Assembly (NCBI GenBank): GCA_026395055.1
Contig: JAPLZK010000001.1
Location: 81,527 to 145,526, forward strand
Origin: Candidatus Uhrbacteria bacterium
Lineage (GTDB): Bacteria > Patescibacteriota > Patescibacteriia > UBA9934 > GWF2-40-263
Length of the DNA stretch: 64,000 nucleotides
Reading direction: 5' to 3'
Shown: one piece after another, positions 9,441 to 19,005 of the stretch
Numbering within the stretch: the first letter of the stretch is position 1
How the letters are laid out: each line of letters begins with the position of its first letter
Made by a program: the position numbers and the translations under genes
The notes under the pieces: generated by a model
Database searches by the model: none
Told to the model about the DNA's origin: nothing
The model's input: the letters and a program-made list of their open reading frames with translations, nothing else

Positions 9441-10439
9441 ATGGACGTTACGTATAATTATCCTGCGAAAAATACGGTGCGAAGTGCGTGGATGGAATTT
9501 CTTCCTGACACCTTCGTGCAATCAGACTCAGGGCTTTATTTGCCTGGACACGAAAACTTGGAACTCGCGGCGTATCTTGAGAAAGGACTCGTTCCTAAAC
9601 AGATGGTCGGAGTGGAACAAGATCCGCTTTTGATTGATCATGTTCGAGAGAATGCCCAAGGGACGTTGATCGTTCATGGGAATGTCACAAGTGCTGTCCA
9701 GTATATTGAGCAAACGCAGACCACAAATTTGCGATTCGCAAATCTGGATCTTTCCAACTCGTACAGAGATTCGATCGAACAAATCTTATCACTGTTTCGT
9801 GTGTTCCCTTCTTCACAAGGTGGATATCTTGCGGTCACAAGCTATAGTGCTCGTGACAATGAGACCCTTACAGAAGGTGTGATCAATACGAGTAAGTTTT
9901 TTTCCGTTGTGAAATCTCAGGAACAATTCTTTGGACCATATGGTCAGATGCTGAATCGGTATCGTGCCATGCACGGAACATGGAATCGTTCGGAAAAAAA
10001 TAAGCATACGCATCTGACGCGCACGCTTGGATTTCTTTGGTGGATTGGTCTTGTGCTTGGGTCTGTTCGTAAGGCGCGTACCGGAAGGTATGTGATAGAC
10101 GAATTGTATCTTTCACAAATCAAAAGCGAGATTGATGCCATCAGTGAAGAGGCGAGACTTCTTGTAGAAGGAGATCGCAACTTTCATCTTGTGCGAAACA
10201 AATCGCTCGGAAAACTTTTTGCGAAACGTAGAAGCGAACTTGTGCCTACGCGACTTCAACAATTCATTCATCTGTCTCGGCGATCTCAGCCAATGCAGAC
10301 ATGGATGCTCCACATTGCGCCAATGACCGGCGCACAAAAACCCACGCACCAAGAGGTGATTGGGGATCTCTGGCAGCTCATGACTCACGGAACGCTCGTC
10401 ATGGTCGACGAGTCTGGAACGCGAGTCACAACAACGTAA
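9441..10439 (+). CDS. hypothetical protein (333 aa)
   Basis: ORF from 9405, with the likely start at 9441 (MDVTYNYP) after AAGGAG. It has weak Rossmann-like features (VGVEQDPLLIDHV) that are not diagnostic. Confidence 0.5.
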   Translation: MDVTYNYPAKNTVRSAWMEFLPDTFVQSDSGLYLPGHENLELAAYLEKGLVPKQMVGVEQDPLLIDHVRENAQGTLIVHGNVTSAVQYIEQTQTTNLRFANLDLSNSYRDSIEQILSLFRVFPSSQGGYLAVTSYSARDNETLTEGVINTSKFFSVVKSQEQFFGPYGQMLNRYRAMHGTWNRSEKNKHTHLTRTLGFLWWIGLVLGSVRKARTGRYVIDELYLSQIKSEIDAISEEARLLVEGDRNFHLVRNKSLGKLFAKRRSELVPTRLQQFIHLSRRSQPMQTWMLHIAPMTGAQKPTHQEVIGDLWQLMTHGTLVMVDESGTRVTTT

Positions 10440-10448
10440 GGAGAATGC

Positions 10449-11126
10449 ATGCGTATTGCAAGATGGCTCATTGAGGGGGGAAAAGCTCTCGTCGAACTTG
10501 GAGATCACTTATTCATGCAACAAGCGCGACTCGATTCGCTTGGTGCGCGTAAGGAACCCCCGAAAGAAAAAGGGGAATATACGGAAGCCGTCGTTGATGC
10601 GCTGATCGCATCACGCGCAGAAAGTTCTGATGAGGATTGGTTGCGCACGGGTGGCCGGCGTGATCAAGAATGTGTACGTTACGGCATTACGCGAGAGCAA
10701 GTTGCGGGAATTCTCGCAGCTGGAACGAAACGTGAAAAGAAAAGCGGTAGTGGGAATGTTCCTGCGCCCGTCGCGCCCCCGTTCGATGATCGCGCAGCAA
10801 GCACACTCTCTTCTCCGGTTGCAAAGACGGGGGAAAAGAATGAACGCAACATGTTTGATGCAAAAGAATGGGGGGAGGTGACGCTCGAGCCGAATGGTGC
10901 GCGTGATCAGATTCCTTTGAAGCCGTTTCGTGACGCGACAGAGGATGACAAAAAGATTGTGGTGCTTGTGTACGTTCAGTGCAAGGCACACGAGAAGGAT
11001 TGGAGCGAGATGCGTCAGCAGCTCTGTTGTACGCGTCGACTGACGCGTCAGCAGGTTGCCGCAATCGTGGCAGAACACACCAGACAGGAAAACAAAAAGT
11101 TTGCGTCGCAAGCCGCACACGCCTAA
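10449..11126 (+). CDS. hypothetical protein with an internally duplicated motif
   Basis: AAGGAG lies before the ATG, 9 nt after the previous gene. The motif C[VT]R..[IL]TR[EQ]QVA[GA]I[LV]A occurs twice, at about aa 75-92 and aa 195-212. Confidence 0.5.
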   Translation: MRIARWLIEGGKALVELGDHLFMQQARLDSLGARKEPPKEKGEYTEAVVDALIASRAESSDEDWLRTGGRRDQECVRYGITREQVAGILAAGTKREKKSGSGNVPAPVAPPFDDRAASTLSSPVAKTGEKNERNMFDAKEWGEVTLEPNGARDQIPLKPFRDATEDDKKIVVLVYVQCKAHEKDWSEMRQQLCCTRRLTRQQVAAIVAEHTRQENKKFASQAAHA

Positions 11127-11133
11127 GACCCTT

Positions 11134-11167
11134 ATCGCCTTCGAAAACTTCGAGGCGATTTTTTTAT
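11134..11167 (+). terminator. rho-independent terminator
   Basis: atcgccttcgaaaacttcgaggcgat hairpin followed by tttttta. Confidence 0.6.
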
Positions 11168-11217
11168 TCGCAACAAAAAAATCGACCCACAGAGTGTGAA
11201 TCGATCTTCTTTTTTAT

Positions 11218-13209
11218 CTAGACGAGGAATCCAACGATGAGCAATGCCACAATGTTCAAAATTTTGATCATTGGGTTGATGGCTGGTCCCGCTGTGTCTT
11301 TGTATGGATCTCCTACGGTGTCTCCGGTGACCGCCGCCTTGTGAGCGTTGGATCCTTTTCCGCCGTAGTTTCCAAGTTCAATATATTTCTTTGCGTTGTC
11401 CCAAGCTCCTCCACCGGTTGTCATAGAGATTGCCATGAACAAACCTGTGACGATCGAACCAATCAAGAGTCCGCCAAGAGCTTTTGGTCCAAAGGCGAAT
11501 CCGACAACGATTGGAGCAAACACGGCGAGCAAGGAAGGAGCGATCATGAAATTGATCGCAGCTTTTGTCACAATGTCTACAGCTTTTGCGTAGTCAGGTT
11601 TTCCGGTTCCATCCATGATTCCTGGAATCTCACGGAACTGACGACGTACTTCATCAACAACAGATCCTGCAGCTTTTCCAACAGCTTCCATGGCGAGGGC
11701 TGCGAATAAGTAGGTGACGATCCCTCCAAGGAATAATCCAGCAAGAACATATGGGTCGCTCACTTCGAATACAACCAATGATCCTTTTGCCGCAAGCGCA
11801 TGCACGTAGTCTCCAAAGAGAACAACAGTTGCGAGTCCGGCAGAACCAATGGCATATGCCTTTGTCACAGCTTTTGTTGTGTTTCCAACCGCATCGAGTG
11901 GGTCTGTGATGTTACGAACGTCTTCTCCAAGATCTGCCATTTCTGCGATTCCACCTGCATTGTCTGTAATTGGACCAAAGGCGTCAATCGCAACAACGAT
12001 TCCTGTTAGAGACAACATGGCCATTGCGGCGATTGCAACTCCGTAAAGTCCAGAGAGAGAGTTTGCGATCAAAATTCCAAAGACGATTGTAAGAACAGGA
12101 AGAGCGGTTGATTTCATGGAAAGACCAAGTCCTGCAATGATGTTTGTTCCGTGTCCAGATTCAGAAGCGGCTGCAAGGTCTTTTACAGGTTGATGATTTG
12201 TTCCTGTGTAATATTCTGTAATCAGAATCAAGGCTGCGGTAATAACGAGTCCAAGAAGTGCAGAGTAATACACGTTCATGGTGTTCAAACCCGCAATGTT
12301 TGCGAGCATATACTTTGTGACAGGGTAAAAACCAATGGCAGCAAGAGCGCCCGCAACAAACAATCCTTTATAAAGTGCGTTCATGATGTTTCCATCTTTC
12401 CCGATCTTGATAAAGAAAGTTCCAACAATTGAACACACGATGGCAATCGCTCCAAGAGCGATTGGGTAAATGACAACTTGTGCGTTGTTTGCAAACAAGA
12501 GGGATCCAAGCAACATGGCTGCAACAGATGTTACAGCATATGTTTCGAATAAGTCCGCAGCCATTCCTGCACAGTCTCCAACGTTGTCTCCAACGTTGTC
12601 TGCGATAACCGCTGGGTTGCGTGGGTCGTCTTCAGGGATTCCTGCTTCTGTTTTTCCAACCAAGTCCGCACCAACGTCTGCAGCTTTGGTAAAAATTCCT
12701 CCACCCAAACGAGCAAAGACAGAAATAAGAGATCCTCCAAATCCGAGTCCAACGAGTGCGTGGACATCATGTGTCATCATGTAAAAAAGGGTGACTCCAA
12801 GAAGCGCGAGTCCAACAACGAAAAATCCTGTCACAACGCCTCCGCGTACGGCGACGTCCATGGCAGCAGAAAGTCCGCTTTTTGCTGCTTCAGTTGTGCG
12901 TACGTTTGCACGTACAGAAACAGACATTCCAATATAACCCGCAACTCCCGAAAGGACTGCTCCTACCAAGAATCCAATTGCGAGGGTCCATCCTAATGCG
13001 AATCCAAGGATAAGGAAGACAACCGCTCCGATCATGGCGATCATTTTATATTGACGCGCCATGTATGCATTCGCTCCTTCTTGGATCGCAAGCGCGATTC
13101 CTTTCATTTTTCCTTCTCCGGCCGGGAGCTTCAAAATCCATTGAGTAAGATAGGCTCCATAAATGAGGGCAAGCAAGCTCGCCCCGATCGCGTACATCGA
13201 AATATTCAT
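11218..13209 (-). CDS. hppA: membrane-bound proton/sodium-translocating pyrophosphatase (V-PPase)
   Basis: A 663-aa polytopic membrane protein carrying the signature [22 protein letters not shown] and conserved [19 protein letters not shown]. Confidence 0.9.
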   Translation of the reverse strand: MNISMYAIGASLLALIYGAYLTQWILKLPAGEGKMKGIALAIQEGANAYMARQYKMIAMIGAVVFLILGFALGWTLAIGFLVGAVLSGVAGYIGMSVSVRANVRTTEAAKSGLSAAMDVAVRGGVVTGFFVVGLALLGVTLFYMMTHDVHALVGLGFGGSLISVFARLGGGIFTKAADVGADLVGKTEAGIPEDDPRNPAVIADNVGDNVGDCAGMAADLFETYAVTSVAAMLLGSLLFANNAQVVIYPIALGAIAIVCSIVGTFFIKIGKDGNIMNALYKGLFVAGALAAIGFYPVTKYMLANIAGLNTMNVYYSALLGLVITAALILITEYYTGTNHQPVKDLAAASESGHGTNIIAGLGLSMKSTALPVLTIVFGILIANSLSGLYGVAIAAMAMLSLTGIVVAIDAFGPITDNAGGIAEMADLGEDVRNITDPLDAVGNTTKAVTKAYAIGSAGLATVVLFGDYVHALAAKGSLVVFEVSDPYVLAGLFLGGIVTYLFAALAMEAVGKAAGSVVDEVRRQFREIPGIMDGTGKPDYAKAVDIVTKAAINFMIAPSLLAVFAPIVVGFAFGPKALGGLLIGSIVTGLFMAISMTTGGGAWDNAKKYIELGNYGGKGSNAHKAAVTGDTVGDPYKDTAGPAINPMIKILNIVALLIVGFLV

Positions 13210-13544
13210 AATGTATGGGTCGAAATGAAAATGACTAAAAACATGCGGCTATCGTAATGAGATATGCGCATTTTGTCAACGATTTTTACGCACAGGAAAA
13301 GACGTTTTATGTATAAATTTAGCCAAAAAATACAAAAAAACGTTTGACAAAAGAGGGAAAAAAGACTACAGTTGATCATACGAAATGCGTTAAATTTTTT
13401 TGTATCAAATTACACATCAAACATTTCTTTGTCCGAACAGCTCTTTTTGTCATGCAGGGGCTGATTGTCATAAAACGCGTTGCTAAACCGGTTTTTTTGG
13501 CTATCTATCAACCGTTTAAGACGGTTGGTTTTATTTTGGTGAAG

Positions 13545-14699
13545 ATGATTGGAGTTCCGGCGTACAGAGGAATCTTTTTCGTGCGTCGTTTCGTGAACAC
13601 AATTCTTTTGCCTGCCAAACACCGTTTTTTTTATTTGCTCTCGAATCGCTACACGGTTCACGCGCTCATGATTATCCTTGTCGGGATCATTGGCATAACA
13701 AATTTTCAGACGCGTGATGTTCGTGCAGAAACATTTGGGCAAAAAAGTATTCTGTATTCTCTTGTCTCTGTTGATGATTCAGAAACTGTCGAGGTGGTTG
13801 AAGCAGGAAAATCCGTTTTGATTCCTGGGGGTCCTTCCAGTTATTTCTCTGATACCACATTAGATACACGTACGCAGTTTCATCAAAATGAGTTAGAACA
13901 ATCCATTGTGCCAACGCAGCCGCAAATTGCTGCATCACGTTCTTCTGTAGAAACATATGTCGTAAAAGACGGTGACACCCTCGGGCGTATTTCCGTTCGT
14001 TTCCACTTAAGTATTAGCACAATTCTTTCAGCAAATGGTTTGACACTGCGCAGTACTCTCCGCCCAGGAGACACGTTGAAAATTCTTCCAAGTGATGGAA
14101 TCATGTATACCGTGAAACGTGGTGACACACTTTCGAAAATCGCGAATGCATTTAACATTGACGCGACGGAAATTGCGTCGGCAAACCAATTCTTTGGAAA
14201 TGCTTCTTTGAAAATCGGAACAGAAATAATCCTTCCAGGCGCAACGCAAACGGCCGCACCGGCAGCAATTGCGCGTAAGCCTGTGAGTATTAAAGATATT
14301 ATTACCAATACCCCCATTCCAAAACCATCTGGATCAACAAGTGTTGGCTGGGTGTGGCCAACAAACTGGCACGTTATCACCCAATACTTCAGCTGGAAGC
14401 ACACAGGAGTTGATATTGATGGAGATTTCACAACATTTAGTATGGCCGCTCATGACGGTGTTGTAAGTTACACAGGTTGGCGTAATGGATACGGACTCAC
14501 CGTTGAAGTTGATCACGGAAATGGATTAAAAACACGTTACGGACACAACTCAAAGATTTTTGTAAGCACGGGAGATGTTGTTGTGGCGGGACAACATTTG
14601 GCACAAACAGGAACAACAGGAAATTCAACCGGAACGCATTTGCACTTTGAAGTGATCTTGAACGGAAAGTTCCAAAATCCATTGTCTTATATTCGATAG
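13545..14699 (+). CDS. LysM-domain M23 family peptidoglycan endopeptidase
   Basis: Two LysM repeats (YVVKDGDTLGRIS..., YTVKRGDTLSKIA...) precede a C-terminal M23 motif (HTGVDIDG...GNSTGTHLHFEV). The ORF opens at 13344 with TTG. The true start is uncertain; an internal Met before the TM helix was chosen. Confidence 0.7.
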   Translation: MIGVPAYRGIFFVRRFVNTILLPAKHRFFYLLSNRYTVHALMIILVGIIGITNFQTRDVRAETFGQKSILYSLVSVDDSETVEVVEAGKSVLIPGGPSSYFSDTTLDTRTQFHQNELEQSIVPTQPQIAASRSSVETYVVKDGDTLGRISVRFHLSISTILSANGLTLRSTLRPGDTLKILPSDGIMYTVKRGDTLSKIANAFNIDATEIASANQFFGNASLKIGTEIILPGATQTAAPAAIARKPVSIKDIITNTPIPKPSGSTSVGWVWPTNWHVITQYFSWKHTGVDIDGDFTTFSMAAHDGVVSYTGWRNGYGLTVEVDHGNGLKTRYGHNSKIFVSTGDVVVAGQHLAQTGTTGNSTGTHLHFEVILNGKFQNPLSYIR

Positions 14700-14700
14700 A

Positions 14701-16141
14701 TTATTCTCGTTGCATTTTTTGACCACGAAACTGCAAAGCTTCGGCTAAATGATGTTCTTCAATCGTTTGTGAGTTCGCGAGATCTGCAATCGTGCGCGCG
14801 ACCTTTCGAACGCGCGATGCTGCGCGTGGCGAAAGTGACTGAGATTCAATGGCGAGGGCTAATAATGTTTTAGCATCTGGTGTAAGAAAACAAACGTGTT
14901 CAAGAAGCGCGGGTGAAATTTCGGCGTTGAGATGACAAGCGGAATCGAAAAATCGATCCGCTTGTTTTTTTCTTGCGGCAATCACACGCGTGAGAATAGA
15001 AGAGGATGTTTCAGAACGAACTTCAGACAAAAGAAGTTCTTGGGAAAGATTTGAGACTTCAATGCGTAAATCAAAACGATCAAGGAGTGGTCCTGACACG
15101 CGCTTTTGATAATTTTGTAATTGCATAGTTGTACAAACACATCGACGTTTTGGATCTGATGCGTATCCGCACGGACATGGATTCATGGCAGCGATCAACA
15201 GAAACCGAGCGGGAAATTTTACGGTCGCTTGCGCGCGAGAAATAGTGACAACACCATCTTCAAGCGGTCCGCGTAAGTGCTCAAGAACGTGTCGTGGAAA
15301 TTCAGGAAGCTCATCGAGAAATAAAACACCTCGATGTGCAAGAGAAATTTCTCCTGGAGTTGGCCAGGTTCCACCACCAACCAAAGAGACCGCAGAAGCG
15401 GAATGATGAGGAGATCGAAATGGACGCTCTTCAATAAGTCCTGAGGAAGAAGTAAGCTCTCCCGCAATTGAGGCAATGCTTGTGACTTCCATAGATTCTT
15501 CTTCTGTAAGGGGCGGAAGAATAGATGGGAATGATTTTGCAAGGAGAGTCTTCCCTGTTCCGGGTGGACCCGATAAAAGAATGTTGTGTCCACCCGCAGC
15601 GGCGATTTCAAGTCCGCGCTTCGCAAGATCTTGTCCTTTTATATAAGAGAAACAATGTTCATTTTGTTGTATGCATTCTCGTCGAAGATAAATTGTTTTT
15701 GCTATCTGTGTTCGATGAAGTAAGTGATCGATGAGTTCACGGAGAGTGGATGCCCCGAATACTTCCAACTCTTTAATGACGGCTGCCTCTTGTTCGTTCT
15801 CTTTTGGAACAAAGATGCTTTGCTTTTGAATACGTCGTGCCATGAGTGCTGTTGTAAGAACGCCTCGAACGGATCGAATGGAACCGTCGAGTGCCAACTC
15901 TCCCAAAACGACGGCGTGCTCAAGGGCTTGGGCGGGGATTTCTCCGCGCGAGACGAGAATAGAGAGCGCGATGGGTAAATCATAAAGCGGTCCTTGTTTG
16001 CGTAAATCTGCGGGTGCGAGATTGATGGTCACGCGTCCGCGCGGAAACGGAAAACCCGTATTTTTGAGTGCGGCACGAATGCGATCACGGGATTCTTTGA
16101 CGGATGTATCCGGGAGCCCTACGATCGTGAAATTACGCATG
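14701..16141 (-). CDS. YifB/ComM family Mg-chelatase-like AAA+ ATPase
   Basis: Lon-like N-terminal domain, Walker A LLSGPPGTGKTLLAK and a C-terminal ChlI-like region. The start was taken at the internal Met MRNFTIVGLPD (16141). Confidence 0.85.
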
Positions 16142-16269
16142 AATCCCCGTTGTTGTACTTGAGGTGATTGAAAACATAAAAAGGAAATAAAAAAAGAACT
16201 CCCAAGAAATTTATCTAGGGAGTTCATTTATAAAAAAAGTTTATCCGTTTTTTTTGACGTTGTCAATGG

Positions 16270-16737
16270 TTATTTGTCTCCATGTTCCGGAAGCGATCGT
16301 CGTGATGAGATAAGAAGGATGACGACTCCGAAGATGATGAGAAGATCTGAAAGATTCACAGCGGATCTTCCGAAGAAGATGATGTAGTCAACCGTGAAGC
16401 CGTAATAAATGCGATCAAAAACGTTTCCAACCGCACCAATCATGATGATCAAACTCGAGAACGCAATTTTTGGATGCGTCGTGAGGTTCTTTACGATCAT
16501 TTCGATTAAGAAGTATCCAATGACGACAGAGATCAGTAAGATAAATTCTCTTCGGAATGGAATATCAAAGGCAAGTCCCCAGTTTTTGTGGATGGCAAGA
16601 TTGAGGAAACTTGGAACAAGCAAAGAGCTTTCGTCTGGAAAATGCGTTAACGCAAAAGCTTTCGCCCACTCATCTAATAAGACGAGAAGAATGGCGGGAA
16701 GCAAGAACCAATAAAGATGTTTTCCAAGATTTTTCAC
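16270..16737 (-). CDS. lspA: lipoprotein signal peptidase II
   Basis: A 155-aa protein with 4 TM segments and conserved NWGLAFD, GAVGNVFDRI and FNLSDL motifs. Confidence 0.8.
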   Translation of the reverse strand: MKNLGKHLYWFLLPAILLVLLDEWAKAFALTHFPDESSLLVPSFLNLAIHKNWGLAFDIPFRREFILLISVVIGYFLIEMIVKNLTTHPKIAFSSLIIMIGAVGNVFDRIYYGFTVDYIIFFGRSAVNLSDLLIIFGVVILLISSRRSLPEHGDK

Positions 16738-17108
16738 ACTTCTTGTGTAAGAGTTTTTTTACATTGAATGCACGAGCTGGATGTTGGACGTGCAAGAAGA
16801 CGGCGTTCGTCAATGGGTTGGTGACAGTATTTGCAGATTCCGTATTCTCCCTTGTCAATTTGCTTCAGTGTTGAATCAACGTCACGTAACGCTTTTTCTA
16901 ATTCGTCTTCTAAAGAAAGGTTGTCTGAAAATTGAGCGACTTCAGACGCGTTTTCGTCTTCGCTGTCTCCGTTATTTGGAAAGTCTGTTCGGAAGGTTTC
17001 TTCCGTTGCGTTTGGATTTCTGTGTGAAAATTTTGAGAGTTCTGTCTCTAGGCGAGATTTTTCTTCCAGTAAGATCGTTTTCGCTTTTGAGGTGAGATCC
17101 TTTGTCAT
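16734..17108 (-). CDS. DksA/TraR family C4-type zinc-finger protein
   Basis: A coiled-coil N-terminus plus CKYCHQPIDERRL...CIQCK. It overlaps the lspA start by 4 nt. Confidence 0.7.
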   Translation of the reverse strand: MTKDLTSKAKTILLEEKSRLETELSKFSHRNPNATEETFRTDFPNNGDSEDENASEVAQFSDNLSLEDELEKALRDVDSTLKQIDKGEYGICKYCHQPIDERRLLARPTSSSCIQCKKTLTQEV

Positions 17109-17199
17109 AAAATGCGTGACGAAAACGTCACCGATCAAATCTTTAATGAAGCTAGCATAGCATCATTTGAGTTGTTCGCCAATAACAACCCTTCACAAC

Positions 17200-17221
17200 A
17201 AAAAAAGCCCCCGAAGGGGCC
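17200..17221 (-). terminator. rho-independent terminator on the minus strand
   Basis: Minus-strand GCCCCUUCGGGGGC hairpin followed by UUUUUUU. It lies about 500 nt downstream of the stop of the 17727 gene. Confidence 0.6.
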
Positions 17222-17684
17222 AGAAAATCAATCAGCGACCGGTTTAGATATCGGATTTTGGGCTCAATCCTTTATTGAGAAGCAAAACTCGACATCCACA
17301 CCGGTACAACCGCTTAATTTTAGAAGAGTGGCTCTTGTCACCTACCATTCAATGGTTTTACCCAGGCGAAGATCGCGAGGACCTTCATGATTTGGGCGAA
17401 CCTAGATGTGTTCGATTTTGTTTTTGTTTTTAATCAGAACAGTAGATGTGCGCGAGATCATTATTCCTGAATCATAATTCAAGCGTGGGGAGCTTGCCGA
17501 CAACAATGGTCGGGATTAAGGATGATCTCAGAGATGGAAAAGGTACGAAGCAATGTTTCACGATTGCACATATATAATATCAAAAAAAGACCCGAAGGTC
17601 AATCCATGAATTTTCGCTTGAATAAGATTCAATGTGAGTGTGTTGGAAAATTTTGTGTTCAAAATGGTTTGCTGGGTAGAAAAG

Positions 17685-17724
17685 TTATCCACACTTTATA
17701 CCACTTATGCATAACTTATCCACA
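17685..17724 (+). promoter_or_regulatory. two consensus DnaA boxes (TTATCCACA), 31 bp apart and in the same orientation
   Basis: Perfect 9-mers at 17685-17693 and 17716-17724, with a TTATGCATA near-match between them. Confidence 0.3.
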
Positions 17725-17726
17725 GG

Positions 17727-18998
17727 CTACTTACAGAGACGAATTGTTGTTGATAACAATCCAGATCTTAAACCAATACTAGAGAAATTTTGTGCAAAGA
17801 GAAGGATCGCGCTGTTGTTTACGGAATTTGTGTGTTGATTTTGCATATCTACAAGCGGTTTAAGTACTATGCCCGCATTTTTTCCCCCGCAAATTTTTGT
17901 ATTTGATTTATTTTGGCCTTTAAATGCACGAAATAACTCTTCGCGGTTTGTGAGAAAGATTTCATTATTTTTTGTGTAGCCAGCAAGTAGGATGCCGTCA
18001 CTTGTTTGAATACGATCTACTTGAATTCCAAGCAGCGTCACCTCCTCGACAGAAATATTTTCAGGGTTTGCGATGATTTCTTTGATTGAGGTGCCGTCTT
18101 CTAAAACCGTTTCTTGTATTTTTGGGGAGTTTAGAGCTGAAATGGAACGAAGAGTCTGCGCGAAATCAATCTTATGTGTTTCTGTGCGTTGAATGGCTGT
18201 CAGAAAAAAACCGACTCCCTGTGAATCCTTTGTGAGGATAAGTTGGCTTTGGTTTTCCGGAAGATTTGCAAGTTCATTCAAAAATGGTGAATCTACAACA
18301 GATTTCATGAGTGGAAGAAAAGGATCGAGAAAATCCTTTGTTGTGTTTGGCAAGATTGGAGTAGACAAATAAGCGATTGTGTCTTTTGGAATCTGCTTAA
18401 ACGCATTTCCTGTTGGATGCACGCCCGGAACCGTGATGTCTAAATGATCTTTTGATGCATAAAGAAAAGATCTGTGCGGTTGTGTGCTATCAACCAGTTC
18501 GCCAATCCAACGATGACCAGGAAAAGAAATACCCGGTATGATTTTAGGTGAAATATTTAATGGCTTCAAAACTTCTTCTTTTTCAGAAAGTAAAATAATT
18601 CCGTGACCAATTGATTGGGTGCTAATAGATTGAGAATCCAATAATTTTTGTGGAAGTTGTTTGTTTCCTTCTCGAATCGCTATGGATTGTGATCCGTCAT
18701 TCTTCAAAAAAAGAACAAACTCCCCAGAGATATATGGAGCTAAATCAGAAAATGTGAGTGCTCGATGTGAAATAAGGGGAACATGGTTTGTAAATGCTTC
18801 AACATCTGTTCCTTTTTGACCACCGACAAACAGGCGAATGGCCATGACGGTGTTTTCTGGCGCAGCTTGATAAATGGTATCTCGTGTAAACCAAAGAGTG
18901 CTTCCCCAGGAGATGATGGTTATGATGCTTGATACACACACCACCAGAAGCCAAACAACCCACCGAGTACGGCGGGTTGTTTTGGAACTTCTAGACAT
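17727..18998 (-). CDS. hypothetical membrane-anchored protein
   Basis: The ORF extends to 19088, which would overlap pnp. The likely start is MSRSSKTTRRTRWVVWLLVV, a signal anchor. It lies downstream of pnp on the same strand. Confidence 0.5.
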   Translation of the reverse strand: MSRSSKTTRRTRWVVWLLVVCVSSIITIISWGSTLWFTRDTIYQAAPENTVMAIRLFVGGQKGTDVEAFTNHVPLISHRALTFSDLAPYISGEFVLFLKNDGSQSIAIREGNKQLPQKLLDSQSISTQSIGHGIILLSEKEEVLKPLNISPKIIPGISFPGHRWIGELVDSTQPHRSFLYASKDHLDITVPGVHPTGNAFKQIPKDTIAYLSTPILPNTTKDFLDPFLPLMKSVVDSPFLNELANLPENQSQLILTKDSQGVGFFLTAIQRTETHKIDFAQTLRSISALNSPKIQETVLEDGTSIKEIIANPENISVEEVTLLGIQVDRIQTSDGILLAGYTKNNEIFLTNREELFRAFKGQNKSNTKICGGKNAGIVLKPLVDMQNQHTNSVNNSAILLFAQNFSSIGLRSGLLSTTIRLCK

Positions 18999-19005
18999 GG
19001 GAATA

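Noticed and set aside
17140-17726. tmRNA, RNase P RNA or SRP RNA in the long gap
   Set aside because: I searched both strands for GGAAAGUCCGGGC / ACAGAACCCGGCUUA (RNase P), a tag-peptide ORF ending AA-stop together with a tRNA-like 3' end (tmRNA), and GGAAGCAGCC (SRP). I found none.
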